This document shows positions 15,410 to 26,828 of a DNA stretch of 64,000 nt, in pieces; position 1 is the first letter of the stretch, and the number at the start of each line of letters is the position of its first letter. The notes under the pieces are model-generated. The model did not search any database. It was given only the letters and a program-made list of their open reading frames with translations, and was not told the DNA's origin. A program made the translations under genes and the position numbers. Origin of the DNA: Epiperipatus broadwayi (taxonomy: Eukaryota > Animalia > Onychophora). Location: positions 13,826,001-13,890,000 of the forward strand of contig JAQFVV010000007.1 of assembly GCA_028023455.1 (NCBI GenBank), read 5' to 3'.

Positions 15410-15583
15410 AAATAGCATTCACTTCAGTGGACTGGTAGCAAAATCACAAAATTTTCCAAAGCTCTCTCTGATTTTTTAAATCTCGTGGGTTAAAAAAACC
15501 AAAAATTGACTCTCCCATGTATTAATCATGCCAGTGTCTTGGTTGCCATGACAATGTTCTCATGTTATCATTGATGATGCCTA
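15410..15583 (-). pseudogene. 174-nt exon-like segment with PAS-like text and two in-frame stops
   Basis: Acceptor TTTTCTTTCCAG and donor GTAAGT. GC is higher than in the flanks and the length is a multiple of 3. It translates GIINDNMRTLSWQPRHWHD*YMGESIFGFFNPRDLKNQRELWKIL*FCYQSTEVNAI. GxSIFxFxxPxDL resembles the PAS core (by eye). Confidence 0.4.
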
Positions 15584-15896
15584 CTGGAAAGAAAATTGGT
15601 AAATGTAAAACGTTATTGGTTAAATAATACTAAAGTACCAAAAACAATTCCAACAAAGATAAAAAACTAAGATAAAAAAATATAGAACAGGATAAAAAAA
15701 GAAAAATCAAAAAGAATAAAAATGGCTACCTTAAAAATAAGTTAAAAGAAATCAATAAATAAAAATTGAAATATAACTCTACTAAAAAATAAATACATTC
15801 AAAACAACATCAATAAAATCTTCAAACTCTACTTAATAATACCATCACAGAAACAAATAACACATGTTAACTCTACAAAGTTAGCAGCAAAAATCA

Positions 15897-15897
<1 letters not shown>

Positions 15898-15928
<31 letters not shown>

Positions 15929-15946
15929 CAACAACAACAACAACAA
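15898..15946 (+). repeat. Short (AAT)n(AAC)n microsatellite
   Basis: Read directly. Confidence 0.9.
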
Positions 15947-16639
15947 TTACCGTACAAAACTACAGCATTAAACCAATTACAGAATTGCACCATAGCAACT
16001 ATACAATAATATACATAAATAATATACACAAATGAGTAAAAATGACAAAAATAATGTAATTATATGCCATACATTTTTATAAAATAAGTAACAAAGTTTT
16101 TAAAGTCTAAAGAAAAAAATATTTTCATTAGTAAAATCATGATTATAGGTATTAGGCAAACGAAACAAAGGTGAAAATTTTAATATGTTAGAGTGACAAA
16201 CCTTAATATAAAATAAAGTAAATGTACGTGTTTATGTAAACAATTATTAAAAGTAATATTTGAAATTTTGTTAGTTAATATAATTTTTTGATTTACAAGG
16301 TTATATAAAATTTTAAGATCTCTCATTTTTCTTTTAATAGATAGGGATAGATAATAGTCTTTTAACTTAATGTACTTAGAAATTTTGTCATAAACTAATT
16401 GAATTTTAATAATATCTTGTTTGGAACTGGGATTTCAAACAACAGATCCATATTCTAAAATAGGCAAAACCAAAGAGAGAAATAATTTATATTTTGTAAA
16501 ACTACTAAATTGTCTACCATGCCTGAAAATTGCAAACCGTAATTTTAAAAGCCTTATTTACTACATTTTCAATATGATGATGAAATGATCGATTGCTTGC
16601 AAAAATAATTTCAAGGTCTTTCTGAATTATCAGTTAATT

Positions 16640-17280
<641 letters not shown>

Positions 17281-17685
17281 GCTAATGTTAATGTTAATGG
17301 TTTTGTGCATATGGAAAAGAAAATGTATGAAATATCTGAAATAATTTTTTTCTTTTTTATAAATGCAGTGTTATATAAACTAAATAAGCCTTCTGTAAAC
17401 TTAAAACTTTTTTTAAAAAATAAAATATTGATTCAGTCATTAAATGCATTATTTGTTGTTCTCCTGTGATATAAATCTCAAAAGCAAACTTTTGACAACC
17501 TGCCTGCTATTTTTAGTCAGTAAACAAAATCATATATTGTTTATTTTATATAATTTTATAAAATGTTATATGCATTTTTATGACTGGTATAAAACAAAAT
17601 GATATATTAATGATTATGTGTCTTTATAAGTATATAATAATTATAAGTAAAGTTTAAAAAAAATGCACGAAACTATATTTTACAT

Positions 17686-18680
17686 GTTTCAAAGCAAACT
17701 TTATTGGGTTTCAATTGGTTACATCAAATAAAGATACACTAAGATCTTATATAAAAAATTTCTTTTTAATATAGGTTTTGTCCTTGATTCTGAAATTTAT
17801 CTCATAAGTACAAACGTCATTGTTATGATGATTAACCATCAACGGGGTTGCATTAGTTGATCTCATTTTTTTAATTTATTTTTTTAAGAGTACTAATTTC
17901 AGTTCTTATTATAATGCTGAGCACTTTATCAAAAGAGACCACGTTTCCAAGAAAATGTCCTGTGATGCAAAAATACTGTTTCTATCCTTGAGTTTTTTTA
18001 GTTGGTTGTTGTAAGTGTTGATGTCATTTTATTGGATTGTTTCCAAATGTGAATGTGCAATGGATGCACCAATATGTGAATAAGCTGAAGATGGATGCAC
18101 ATATTATTGAAATGCTGTGTTTTGTATGCATCTAGTATGTTACCTATTGTAGTACAGTTTTGTCTATAGTTCTGCATCATTAGGCACACTTTTTCTAGGG
18201 TAAGACAATGTTATAGAAATTGGGTTCATGTTTCTTCTTCTCTGTGATATAGCATGCATAGTGAATCAGTATTTGTATAAAATGTTTTGTACCAAATAAA
18301 GTGCATTGCTAGTAAGGCTTTCAGGTTAAATTTTATAATCAAAAAATTTTGGTTCCAAGCATCATCATTTGAACTTGCTTAACAGTTGACCATTATTTGT
18401 TCCCAGTTCTGTGGGTTGCTTATTTGCTGCATGGTCTGGAAAAGTAGATTTTATATTTGCCAATATGTGTATTTATTTGTGTTTTAGTGTTATATTGTTC
18501 ATGGGTCCACATATCACAAGGAGGGTAAATATATAGTTATATGTGAAGGAGGCTGATCACTACGTGTATATCTAAATATGGCTATAATCAGGTTTACTGC
18601 TTCTATATCTTTATAGCTATTCTTAGTGCAATAGAATATAGATATTTAATAGCATTTTATTCACTGTAAATTTTTTTTGT
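17686..18680 (-). mobile_element. 5'-truncated L1/Tx1-like 3' fragment (copy D)
   Basis: The minus strand gives WNQNFLIIKFNLKALL..DSLCMLYHREEET*TQFL*HC. The family 3' motif AATAAAGTTTGCTTTGAAAC is at 17705-17686, with no microsatellite directly attached. Confidence 0.75.
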
Positions 18681-18756
18681 TTATATATATATATTGTATC
18701 AATTGGAATGAAAGTGAAGATCAAATCTAACCGCAAAAACAATATCTGCACTACAA

Positions 18757-18770
18757 GGGCGCCATCTAGG
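18757..18770 (-). promoter_or_regulatory. CTCF/YY1-like motif (CCTAGATGGCGCCC)
   Basis: The 10-mer GCGCCATCTA also occurs at 62646-62655. It resembles the CTCF core (TAGATGGCGC) and the YY1 core (AGATGGCG). Confidence 0.4.
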
Positions 18771-19289
18771 CATTTGAGCCTAGAAAAAATTATAAAGTAG
18801 GCAGATACGCGCTGTTAAGATTCCACTTTCTTTAAATATTCCGACCGTTAGCCCAAGTCACTAGCTCAAAGGAGACACAGAGATAAAAATCTATAAATTT
18901 TATATCTTAAATATAAAAGAATAAAAGCCACTGCCAGAAATTAACATATAAAAATATTTATTTACGCACATATAAAATAATATTTAAATTTTGAGGAATA
19001 AATTTAACGTTTATAATTTTATATTGATCTTTAATTCTAAATTTAAGTAGATTGCAAATAATGAGTTTACTATTTATTTAGAGGGTCGAGTATGAATGGA
19101 CTACATAGGTCTGCATTTGAAAGGAAAATATTCTTCCCTGATTTAACCTTAGGCAACAAATTTCGCAATCAACTGGCGCCAATCCATCTGATACATTCAT
19201 GTATTCAATGTAGCATGATACGACAACACAAAATACTATATTGTCAGGAATGTACATCTGAACAATAAGTAGAAATAGAGAAGACATTG

Positions 19290-19930
19290 ACTCTCCACCA
19301 CAGGAATGTGACATCTGTTGGCAAGTAGATCAATAAACAAAAAACTCCATAGGAATGGACTGCGGTCTTCTGCCGACTTACAAACCCATCCATAGGCAAA
19401 CAGAGGGTATGTGGCGTATATCTATAATCCTGCCCGTAGCGAACCTCATACTACATCTACTAATTACACAAATATATCCGATCCATTGAACCAATTCAAC
19501 TACGAAATGAATAACCTAAAATTACCCTCCCTTAATACAACTTTACAAAACTATATAGTCATTCACGCCCGACTTAATTTTAACATTTAAATACGTTCGC
19601 ACAGATTTCTTTAAAAATGTTGGGTATAGATCGATTACATAGATTCCACGGTCAAAAACATTTCAAAATAAACATAAACGATCAAAATACAAAATTATTG
19701 ATACCGACAATTGCAGAGGGAAACTTATAAGTAACCCAATAGTATTCACCATAAGATACTTGCGTTGTCACCAATAACTTAAAAGACATCCGAATAAATA
19801 CATTTTAGATACTCACCGTAAGGTATCATTATTTATCGAATGTCTATATATTTTGATCAAATATGAAAACCAAAACATAATTAACCGCAAACGAATCCAT
19901 GCAAGCATCTATAAACAACTTTAATTTCAT
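19290..19930 (+). mobile_element. Possible decayed 3' part of an RLE-type (R2/R4/NeSL-like) non-LTR retrotransposon
   Basis: Across frameshifts: a CCHC-like ECDIC....KLH.NG(C), then FTPDLILTF (PD motif), KRSKY and NPIVFT, in the order expected for a restriction-like endonuclease domain. By eye only. Confidence 0.3.
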
Positions 19931-20954
19931 ACATTTAAATAATCTTTACAATAAGAAAAAAAAATGGAAAATGATGTTTATCAATCGGAAAACATATAAA
20001 ATTAAACATTATTAATTTGATTTAAAAACTTACAAAAGTCAGATAAGAGTCCGTTTTAACATTTCAGTTGGCTTGTTTATCAATTTGTAAAACTTGACGA
20101 AAGTTCTTAATTGATTTTAATAATTGTTCATTTCATATAGCTTATGGTATAAGAGTCCAGGCCTCTGCTTTCAATTCCTGACACCTCCATTGGAAGGTAA
20201 TGTTCTGGAGATGGCAATAGCTGGTTCAAGGTATCACAGTCTTTTCATTTTTTTTTTTTATAGAGAGTGTGGTATGTGCGTCATACCACATCTCTCAAAC
20301 ACACAACGCTGGAACTCCCGAAAAAAAACTGTATTTCCCTTTTTATATTATCCATAAGGATTCAATGAACAAAACGTCACTACTCTATCACTTTCATTAG
20401 AGTCCGAGCCAAGGCTTAGTGCTTCCATTGGTCAAGCTAAAATTTCTTTCTTCTCTTATCTAACTTTTCATCTGACTTTTTAATTACACAGCTTTTAGAT
20501 AATTAATAAACAATCATTTCCATTTACAGATTACAGGAATTAATTAATACCTGTTTTTATTTTAACTTACGTTATTTTTTTATTAAAATATTTTTATATT
20601 TCAATCTTGTATTTTTTTATTTAAAAAAATACGTTCAAATACTTTTTTTTCTTGTTTATGAAAAAAATATTTTTAAAGTTTAGCATCCATGCGAATATAT
20701 ATATGTTTAACAAACATTTTAATTTTAGTGTTTAGTTTTTTCCTTTTATTCGCAAACTTTTAAGTTTTTATTTTAAATAAATGTAACGACATATTTATAT
20801 ATCGTTACAATATATATATTAATTCTGATGTTTTCACGGATAAAAGATGTCATATTATTATTACTATTTGATGAATATCCCGCAAATAGTAATAATAATA
20901 TGATATATATATATATAATTCAATCTCTGTATTTCTTCAAATCAATATATGTAA

Positions 20955-21682
20955 TCTTATAATTGAATATTTATAAATACAGTAAGGAGATATATGTAAT
21001 GTATAACTTTAAAAATTTTATCCACTTAGGAGCATTTTCAACTATTCTCATAGTCTTTGTCAACTAACACTTTGAAAGGTTAACCTTCCCACAATTCTGC
21101 AATCTTAACATTTGCTGCCTGTCTGTTAATTAAGTGTTGTTTATATTTTTATATTCATAGCTTCTATTATTTTTTTTTTGCTGTTATTTTTTTTCAATTT
21201 GCAATATTTTTACCTTATTATAATTTAAATTAAAACCACAAATACCTGATTTATTATGGTCGTAAAAAATGGATGCTGAAACATTATTATTTACTTTGGA
21301 ATTTTGTTTTGTTTTCTGAACCATTTTTAATAACAGCAAGTGCTCTTTAATTTTTTTTCCCAATGTGCATCTCGATGCCCCTATATATCCACTACCACAC
21401 CTACATATTCATTTTAAATGATGCAATTTTTATTTATAAATGAAGAATTATATTTAGAGGTATTTATTAATTTGTTTAATGTAGGAGGTGCATAAAATGC
21501 AATGTCACATGTACCTTTATAGATTTTCCTTATAAAATTTATTTGATAATTTGAAATATATGGTATTGATATCCATATATTTTTATTAACAGGATTAATA
21601 TTTCGAATGATCAAGTAAATTTTATAAGAAAAATCTGTAAACGTATATGTGACATTGCAATTTACACACCTCCTACATTAAC
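20955..21682 (-). mobile_element. Penelope-like element 3' fragment (linker, GIY-YIG endonuclease, 3' UTR) with an inverted duplicate at its 5' end
   Basis: WISIPYISNYQINFIRKIY..IAFYAPPTLNKLIN..NCII, then after a frameshift CRCGSGYIGASRCTLG, the typical PLE linker plus YIG motif. About 21475-21560 is inverted at about 21598-21682. Confidence 0.8.
21024..21068 (-). ncRNA. Decayed minimal type I hammerhead ribozyme in the PLE 3' UTR
   Basis: Minus strand TTAG-TTGACAA-A-GACTAT-GAGA-ATAGTT-GAAA-ATGC-TC-CTAA. Together with the plus-strand copy, the CpG-restored consensus is CUGACGA / GACUAU:AUAGUC / GAAA / palindromic AGCGCU / UUAG:CUAA. Confidence 0.65.
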
Positions 21683-22016
21683 TACTTCAGCTTCAAGCCG
21701 CCACATTGAATTTTTTGAAATACTGGCCTGAGACACAATTTTAACAATAACTTCAGTTTTAATTATGTTACAGCAAAAACAATTATGTTGCTAGAAACCA
21801 AAAAAATTAAGGAAAACAATAAGCATAAAATAAATAGTAATAACTATATAAAAAAAGAAGGAAAAAAGAAATTGTCACATACAAAATAATTATTATTTTA
21901 TTGTTTGTTCATAATTTGGAAATTAACATTAACTAAAATTCAAATTACATCTTCAGTGATAATTTCTTTGTATTCCTCACAAAATTATCTTTCTAACCAT
22001 GTATAACATGTCTTAC

Positions 22017-22112
22017 CTGAGATAATCCACAGCTTCACAATCTCCAAAAGATGTCGGATATGACTTCTTCATTTTTATCTTGTACCCCAAATGTTCTAAA
22101 TGTCAAAGGCAT
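22017..22112 (-). pseudogene. 96-nt exon-like segment, phase-compatible with 15410-15583, containing three stops
   Basis: Acceptor TTTTTCTTTATAG and donor CAG/GTAAGA. The phase-1 reading is xAFDI*NIWGTR*K*RSHIRHLLEIVKLWIIS. All three frames contain stops, so support is weak. Confidence 0.2.
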
Positions 22113-22299
22113 CTATAAAGAAAAAGACTCATCTTAATAAAAGATACAAAAGATATCATCATAGCAATTGGCTTCTTGTCTACCTAAAACTAGAAATTGT
22201 AGGCTACTCTCTATATCACTGATAAAATGAGTATCATCTCTTCATTTTATATTTTTTTGTGTACATCAGTGATGTTTATATGCTTTATGGATACCAGTG

Positions 22300-22757
22300 A
22301 TGCATCATTTATAAATGGATATGTAGGTGTGGTAACACATATATAGGAAAATACAGATGCACATTGGAATAAATACAACTATAGAGCATTTTCTGCTATT
22401 AAAAAGGGTTCAGAAAATGAAACAAAATTGGAAAATAAATAATGTTTCAGCATTCTTTTTTTATAATTATAATAATTCATGTATTTATGGTTTTAACTTC
22501 AATTATAATAATGTAAAATATTGCAAATTGAAAATATAACAATAATAGGAAAATAAAAGAATCTACAAACAAGACTTAATTAATAGACACACAGCAAATG
22601 TTAAGATCATGAAATTGTGGGAAGGTTAGTCTTTCAAAATGTTAGTTGACAAAGACTACAAGGATAGTCAAAAGCACTCCTAAGTGGATACAATTTTTAA
22701 AGTTATGCTTTACATATATCTAATTACTGTATTTATAAATATTCAATTATACGATTA
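22300..22757 (+). mobile_element. Inverted second copy of the Penelope-like 3' fragment
   Basis: A diverged reverse complement of about 20955-21425, including TGTAGGTGTGGT..TATATAGG (C.CG..YIG) and the hammerhead region. Confidence 0.85.
22641..22686 (+). ncRNA. Decayed minimal hammerhead ribozyme (second copy)
   Basis: TTAG-TTGACAA-A-GACTAC-AAGG-ATAGTC-AAAA-GCAC-TC-CTAA. Several core changes are CG>CA transitions. Confidence 0.6.
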
Positions 22758-25700
22758 AACTTTGTATTATAAATATTTTACAAATGCTTACTGGTGGAGA
22801 TATTAATATCATGATATATTTTGCTATAAAAAATTGGAATTAATATGAGAAAAATATGTATATAAAGAATATATTGTTAGAATATAAAAATGGATGCAAA
22901 AGTGTTTTTCCCATTGAAATATTGATTATCTGGATAAATATTTAGATAATAGACTAAATAATATATTTATTTTTTAAGGATGAACAATATTTTGCCTGAA
23001 TTTTTTAGGATTCTGACTTTATAATTTATGCATTTATTGAACGTTAATGGAAGAAGAGATCAGTTTTCATTTAGAAATTTCCCTAGCATTTAAGCAATGG
23101 GGAAAGAATTGAAAATGCTGAAAGAAAACAGAGAATAAATGACTTTTAGTAACTTTGAATTTTTCTTATTTTAGTTTATTGTTAATATTTTATATAATGT
23201 TTAATTAATATGTTCATAATAAACATGTTCTTTGTTTAATATTAAGATGGTTCTTAATAAATAAATAAAAATAGGTTTAAGAAATTATTTTTTCCTGACA
23301 GGAAATAAAATGATTATAGCACATTTGACATTTGATGATCAACAAAAAAAGTGGATTATCATTTATAATTCTAATAATTGTTAAAATTATAGGTAACATA
23401 CTATTTGTTTATATTTCATTTTTGATTATATTGTTTAATTAATGATTTATTGTTATTCATATTGCTTGAATATTTAAAAGTTAAATGAATCATTTATATG
23501 ATTATTAGAGTATTATTTATTCTATAAAGGAAAATTAAATGTAAAGAGAATCCCTTTAAAAATATCTAAAAGTATTTTATGTATTTTTCTCATAAATGCT
23601 TGAATATGCATATATTTTACAACATGAATGAATTGCTAATATATTACTATTATGGATGGTATCAGTTGAAATACAGCAAGGTGAAAGTTTAATCTCTAAG
23701 TTATATAATGTTATAATAAATGAATAAATGTATGATATTAATGAATATTTTATCAAAATCATTTGTGCCTGAAATACTGTAAACTGTCTTAAAGTGAATA
23801 TTAGATTTTTATTGTTTTATTTTTTTTTAGAAAAGTAGTTTGTAGATTATTTTTGTAGTGTGATTTGTATTTTTTTAGAATGTTAGCAGAATTATGCAGC
23901 ATGTAGAAGATATATGATGGTGATCAGGAAAATAATTATTAAAGGAAATCTAGTGTTAGGGATATTTTTAAAAGGTTATATGTGAGTTATATTATCATAA
24001 TTTGAGAATTTTAACATACAGGTAACAAAGGACTGTGTAATAGTTTTCCATTGACAGTTGCATTCTTTTTACAGTCAATAAGTGTTGTGATAAAAGCCAT
24101 GATCTGAATTTAATGTGCCTGATAAAAATGGACCTTGAGCACCATATTCATGATGATGCTTTTTCTTACTCATTGGAGTTATTGTTATTATATCCATATC
24201 CCACACTATAATAACTATCAATCACCACTGGTACTACATCATAAATGATAGTTTTTTAAAAAATTGTTTCAATAATAGCTAAACTGTTGGAAGCTGGAAA
24301 TTTTGTGAAAGCAAGATGAGATAAATTTTTTTTATCACAAATGATATTAAATTATTTACTATAATAAAAATAGGAAAAGAATTATTTGATATTCCTGTAA
24401 ATGTTTTTGGAACTTGTTAAGTAGCCATTGTACATTGCTTGGCAGCACTGTTTTTGTGTAAAAACACAGAAATATGCTGTTTATGCAGCCAAACATATGG
24501 CTTATAGAACAGTTCTGTTCATATTAGCCATTGGCCAGCCTAGATAGCATTTTACACAAATATTACAGCCCATTGATGTGCTTCATGACACTATGCAAAT
24601 AGTGCACCCTTCACAGATTGTTAACGTATGATGTGAGGGGGTATGTAATTCAACTGGCTATAACTCATTTAATGTGCATTTGAAGTAATGAACTTAGACC
24701 CAAGAACACATACCATTAGATACTAATATTTGTAAGCCTGTCCCCATGCTTTCCTACACAGCTTGGAAGGTGAAAAGATTTGCAAAAAGGAAGGGCCAAA
24801 CATCATTTCCCAGAACTTACTCAAATACGCACATTTTCATGAGAAGAGCTATGAGACAAATTGTAAGCTTGTTTTGATCAGAGTAATGTATCTTTTGGAT
24901 AATCCTTCAGATTAGCAAAACCATCATCCCCACTCCTGCCCATTCCAGCACTATGCACTGAAATTTAATTTAATGAAATTTAATTTAATTTAGGCTGACT
25001 AGTTTGTTAATCAAGTGGGTTTTTTTTTTTTTTAAGTTTTTGTTTAAATGTTTCATTTACTATTAGAAGAATAATGTACGTTTTGAAATAAAAAGAAAAG
25101 TGTTTTGTTTTGTTCTGTCCCAGAAACATTATATTAAAATATTTTTGCACAGAAACAGTGTCACCAAGTAATGTACAGTGGCTATTTAATAAAAACCATT
25201 TTTTTAATGTTAGAGATCATTAAAACTCAACCATAAATGTATAATTTAGTTGGATTCTAAAAGAGAGTGATGAAATTGTGATTTTTGAATACTACAATGA
25301 ATATAAAGTATGAAAATGAATAAAATATAAAATATGTCAATCAATATAATTTATTAATTAATTAAAATTTGCTATAAGAAATATGACTTATAAAAATAGA
25401 GAAAAAATATGAGATTCTATTTTTGAAATATTTTTTTTACAAGTAATTAATTTTAAGAAGGGAGGCATAACTATATTTTTCTTTATTTAAAATTTTTGCA
25501 TTAAAATACTAGAGCATATCAAAAGATTAAGATAAATGCTTTACTGCAATGCAAAATAAGTACTTAATAATTTTAAATGTACATGCTAAGTTTAGATAAG
25601 TGTGTTTTTTTAATTTAAACCTATAGTAAGATATGTTACATAATTATTAATATTTTTTTTTTAAATACTGTGAAACATAGTATTAATTTTAATAAATCCT

Positions 25701-26157
25701 AATATTTATCTTCATTGCCTTGTCATCGTAATAATAATAGGATGTTGTTGTCCTGTTGTTAAAAATAGTATATCACTGTTATAAAATACTGTATGATTTT
25801 ATTTTCCTTATTAGATGAGTCAGAATAATGGCCTTTTTATGTTTGTCTATTTATTATATTTATTGTGTATATATTTTAATTTTTAAATAATTTTGATGTT
25901 ATCTTAGATTGTAAATATTTTCAAGTTTTTATAAATTTATTGTGTTATAAGCTTAATGTTATTAAATTATAATAAAATTGTTAATGTTTTAAAATTTCAA
26001 TTGTTTTTTTAGAGTTTGATCTGTCTCAGTGTTTTTCTTTGATTCTTCATTTTCAATTTCATTCTCATAATTTTGTAGTTAAATAGAGATAAAAGGTGGC
26101 TGCTGAAGGGTTACATTAGATCCAAAGATCTAGATGCAGTGCTCTCAGTTCCATGGT

Positions 26158-26199
26158 TTTTCACTGATGAAGACCACAAACCAGAAACTAGTCTGGGGA
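26158..26199 (+). ncRNA. Minimal type I hammerhead-like motif, unit 1
   Basis: CTGATGA (26164-26170), AGACCACAAACCA, GAAAC-TA-GTC (predicted cleavage after 26193), TGGGGA. Helix III is the palindrome ACTAGT. Stems I and II are decayed. Confidence 0.6.
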
Positions 26200-26613
26200 T
26201 ATTGGATGAGTAGGTACTATATAGGGATTTTATGCACAAGCCTTCTGGCATCCATTGATTACTCTGGTTGGCACAGAGTGGAACTACTGTAAGGAGAGTT
26301 CTGCCTTGTTTAATAAGAATTATGTGCTAGTATAAGAGATGGTGATCATGTGATGTTTAGTGGTTTAACACCAATCCTGCCTAATAGGATAGTGGTGGCT
26401 ATGGTTGTTAAAGAGCCAAAGACACCAAAATGTATCAGTGCTGAATTGAGTTCAGACCCATATGACTGTATAAGCTTTTGAGCTTAGATTGAAGATATTT
26501 TTGTGTTTTTAATTTCATTCTTATAGTTTTATAGTTAAATAGAGATAAAAGGTGGCTGCTGGAGGGTTGCATTAGATCCTAAGATCTAGGTGCAGTGCTC
26601 TCAGATTCAAGGC

Positions 26614-26655
26614 TCCTCACTGACAAAGGCCACTAGCCAGAAACTAGTCTGGGGA
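26614..26655 (+). ncRNA. Minimal type I hammerhead-like motif, unit 2
   Basis: Stem I TCCTCA:TGGGGA, core CTGACAA (CTGACGA after CpG restoration), stem II GGC:GCC, then GAAAC-TA-GTC (predicted cleavage after 26649). Positions 10.1/11.1 are A opposite A rather than the canonical G-C. Confidence 0.65.
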
Positions 26656-26828
26656 TATTGGATGAGTAGGCACTAGATAGGGATTTTATGCCCAAGCCTT
26701 CTGGCATCCATTGATTACAATGTTTGGCACAGGGTGGCACTACTGTATGGAGAGAGTTTTGCCTTGTTTAATAACAATTATGTGCTAGTATAAGAGATGG
26801 TGATCATGTGATGTTTAGTGGTTTTTCA

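Larger units (their letters stand above)
18730..20900. promoter_or_regulatory. CpG-retaining island in a CpG-depleted background (candidate unmethylated regulatory domain)
   Basis: About 30 CpG by hand count in 18721-19920, against one or two found in the first 4 kb and about 10 in the 5-kb L1 at 57.4-62.4 kb. Confidence 0.55.
26045..26828 (+). mobile_element. Partial tandem (456-bp period) of a hammerhead-bearing repeat, either retrozyme-like or a PLE pseudo-LTR
   Basis: TAGTTAAATAGAGATAAAAGGTGGCTGCTG starts at about 26076 and about 26532. About 300 bp is shared between the units, separated by an ~155-bp spacer. Each unit has the hammerhead core. Confidence 0.85.

Noticed and set aside
19092-19856. 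ATG-initiated 254-codon frame with 14 TAA/TAG and no TGA, suggesting a ciliate-type code (TAR=Gln). Similar TAR-only runs occur at 3530-4219.
   Set aside because: The L1 RT segment at about 58.6-59.2 kb uses CAA/CAG for Gln far more often than TAR and is also broken by TGA. The remnants contain frameshifts. TGA is rare by chance in AT-rich DNA, and C>T decay explains the stops. A Codetta or conserved-gene analysis of the genome would settle it.
20034-20250. Minus-strand ATG..GTAAGT first-exon candidate in the CpG island (MKRL*YLEPAIA..)
   Set aside because: Four stops in about 70 codons is what random sequence of this composition gives.
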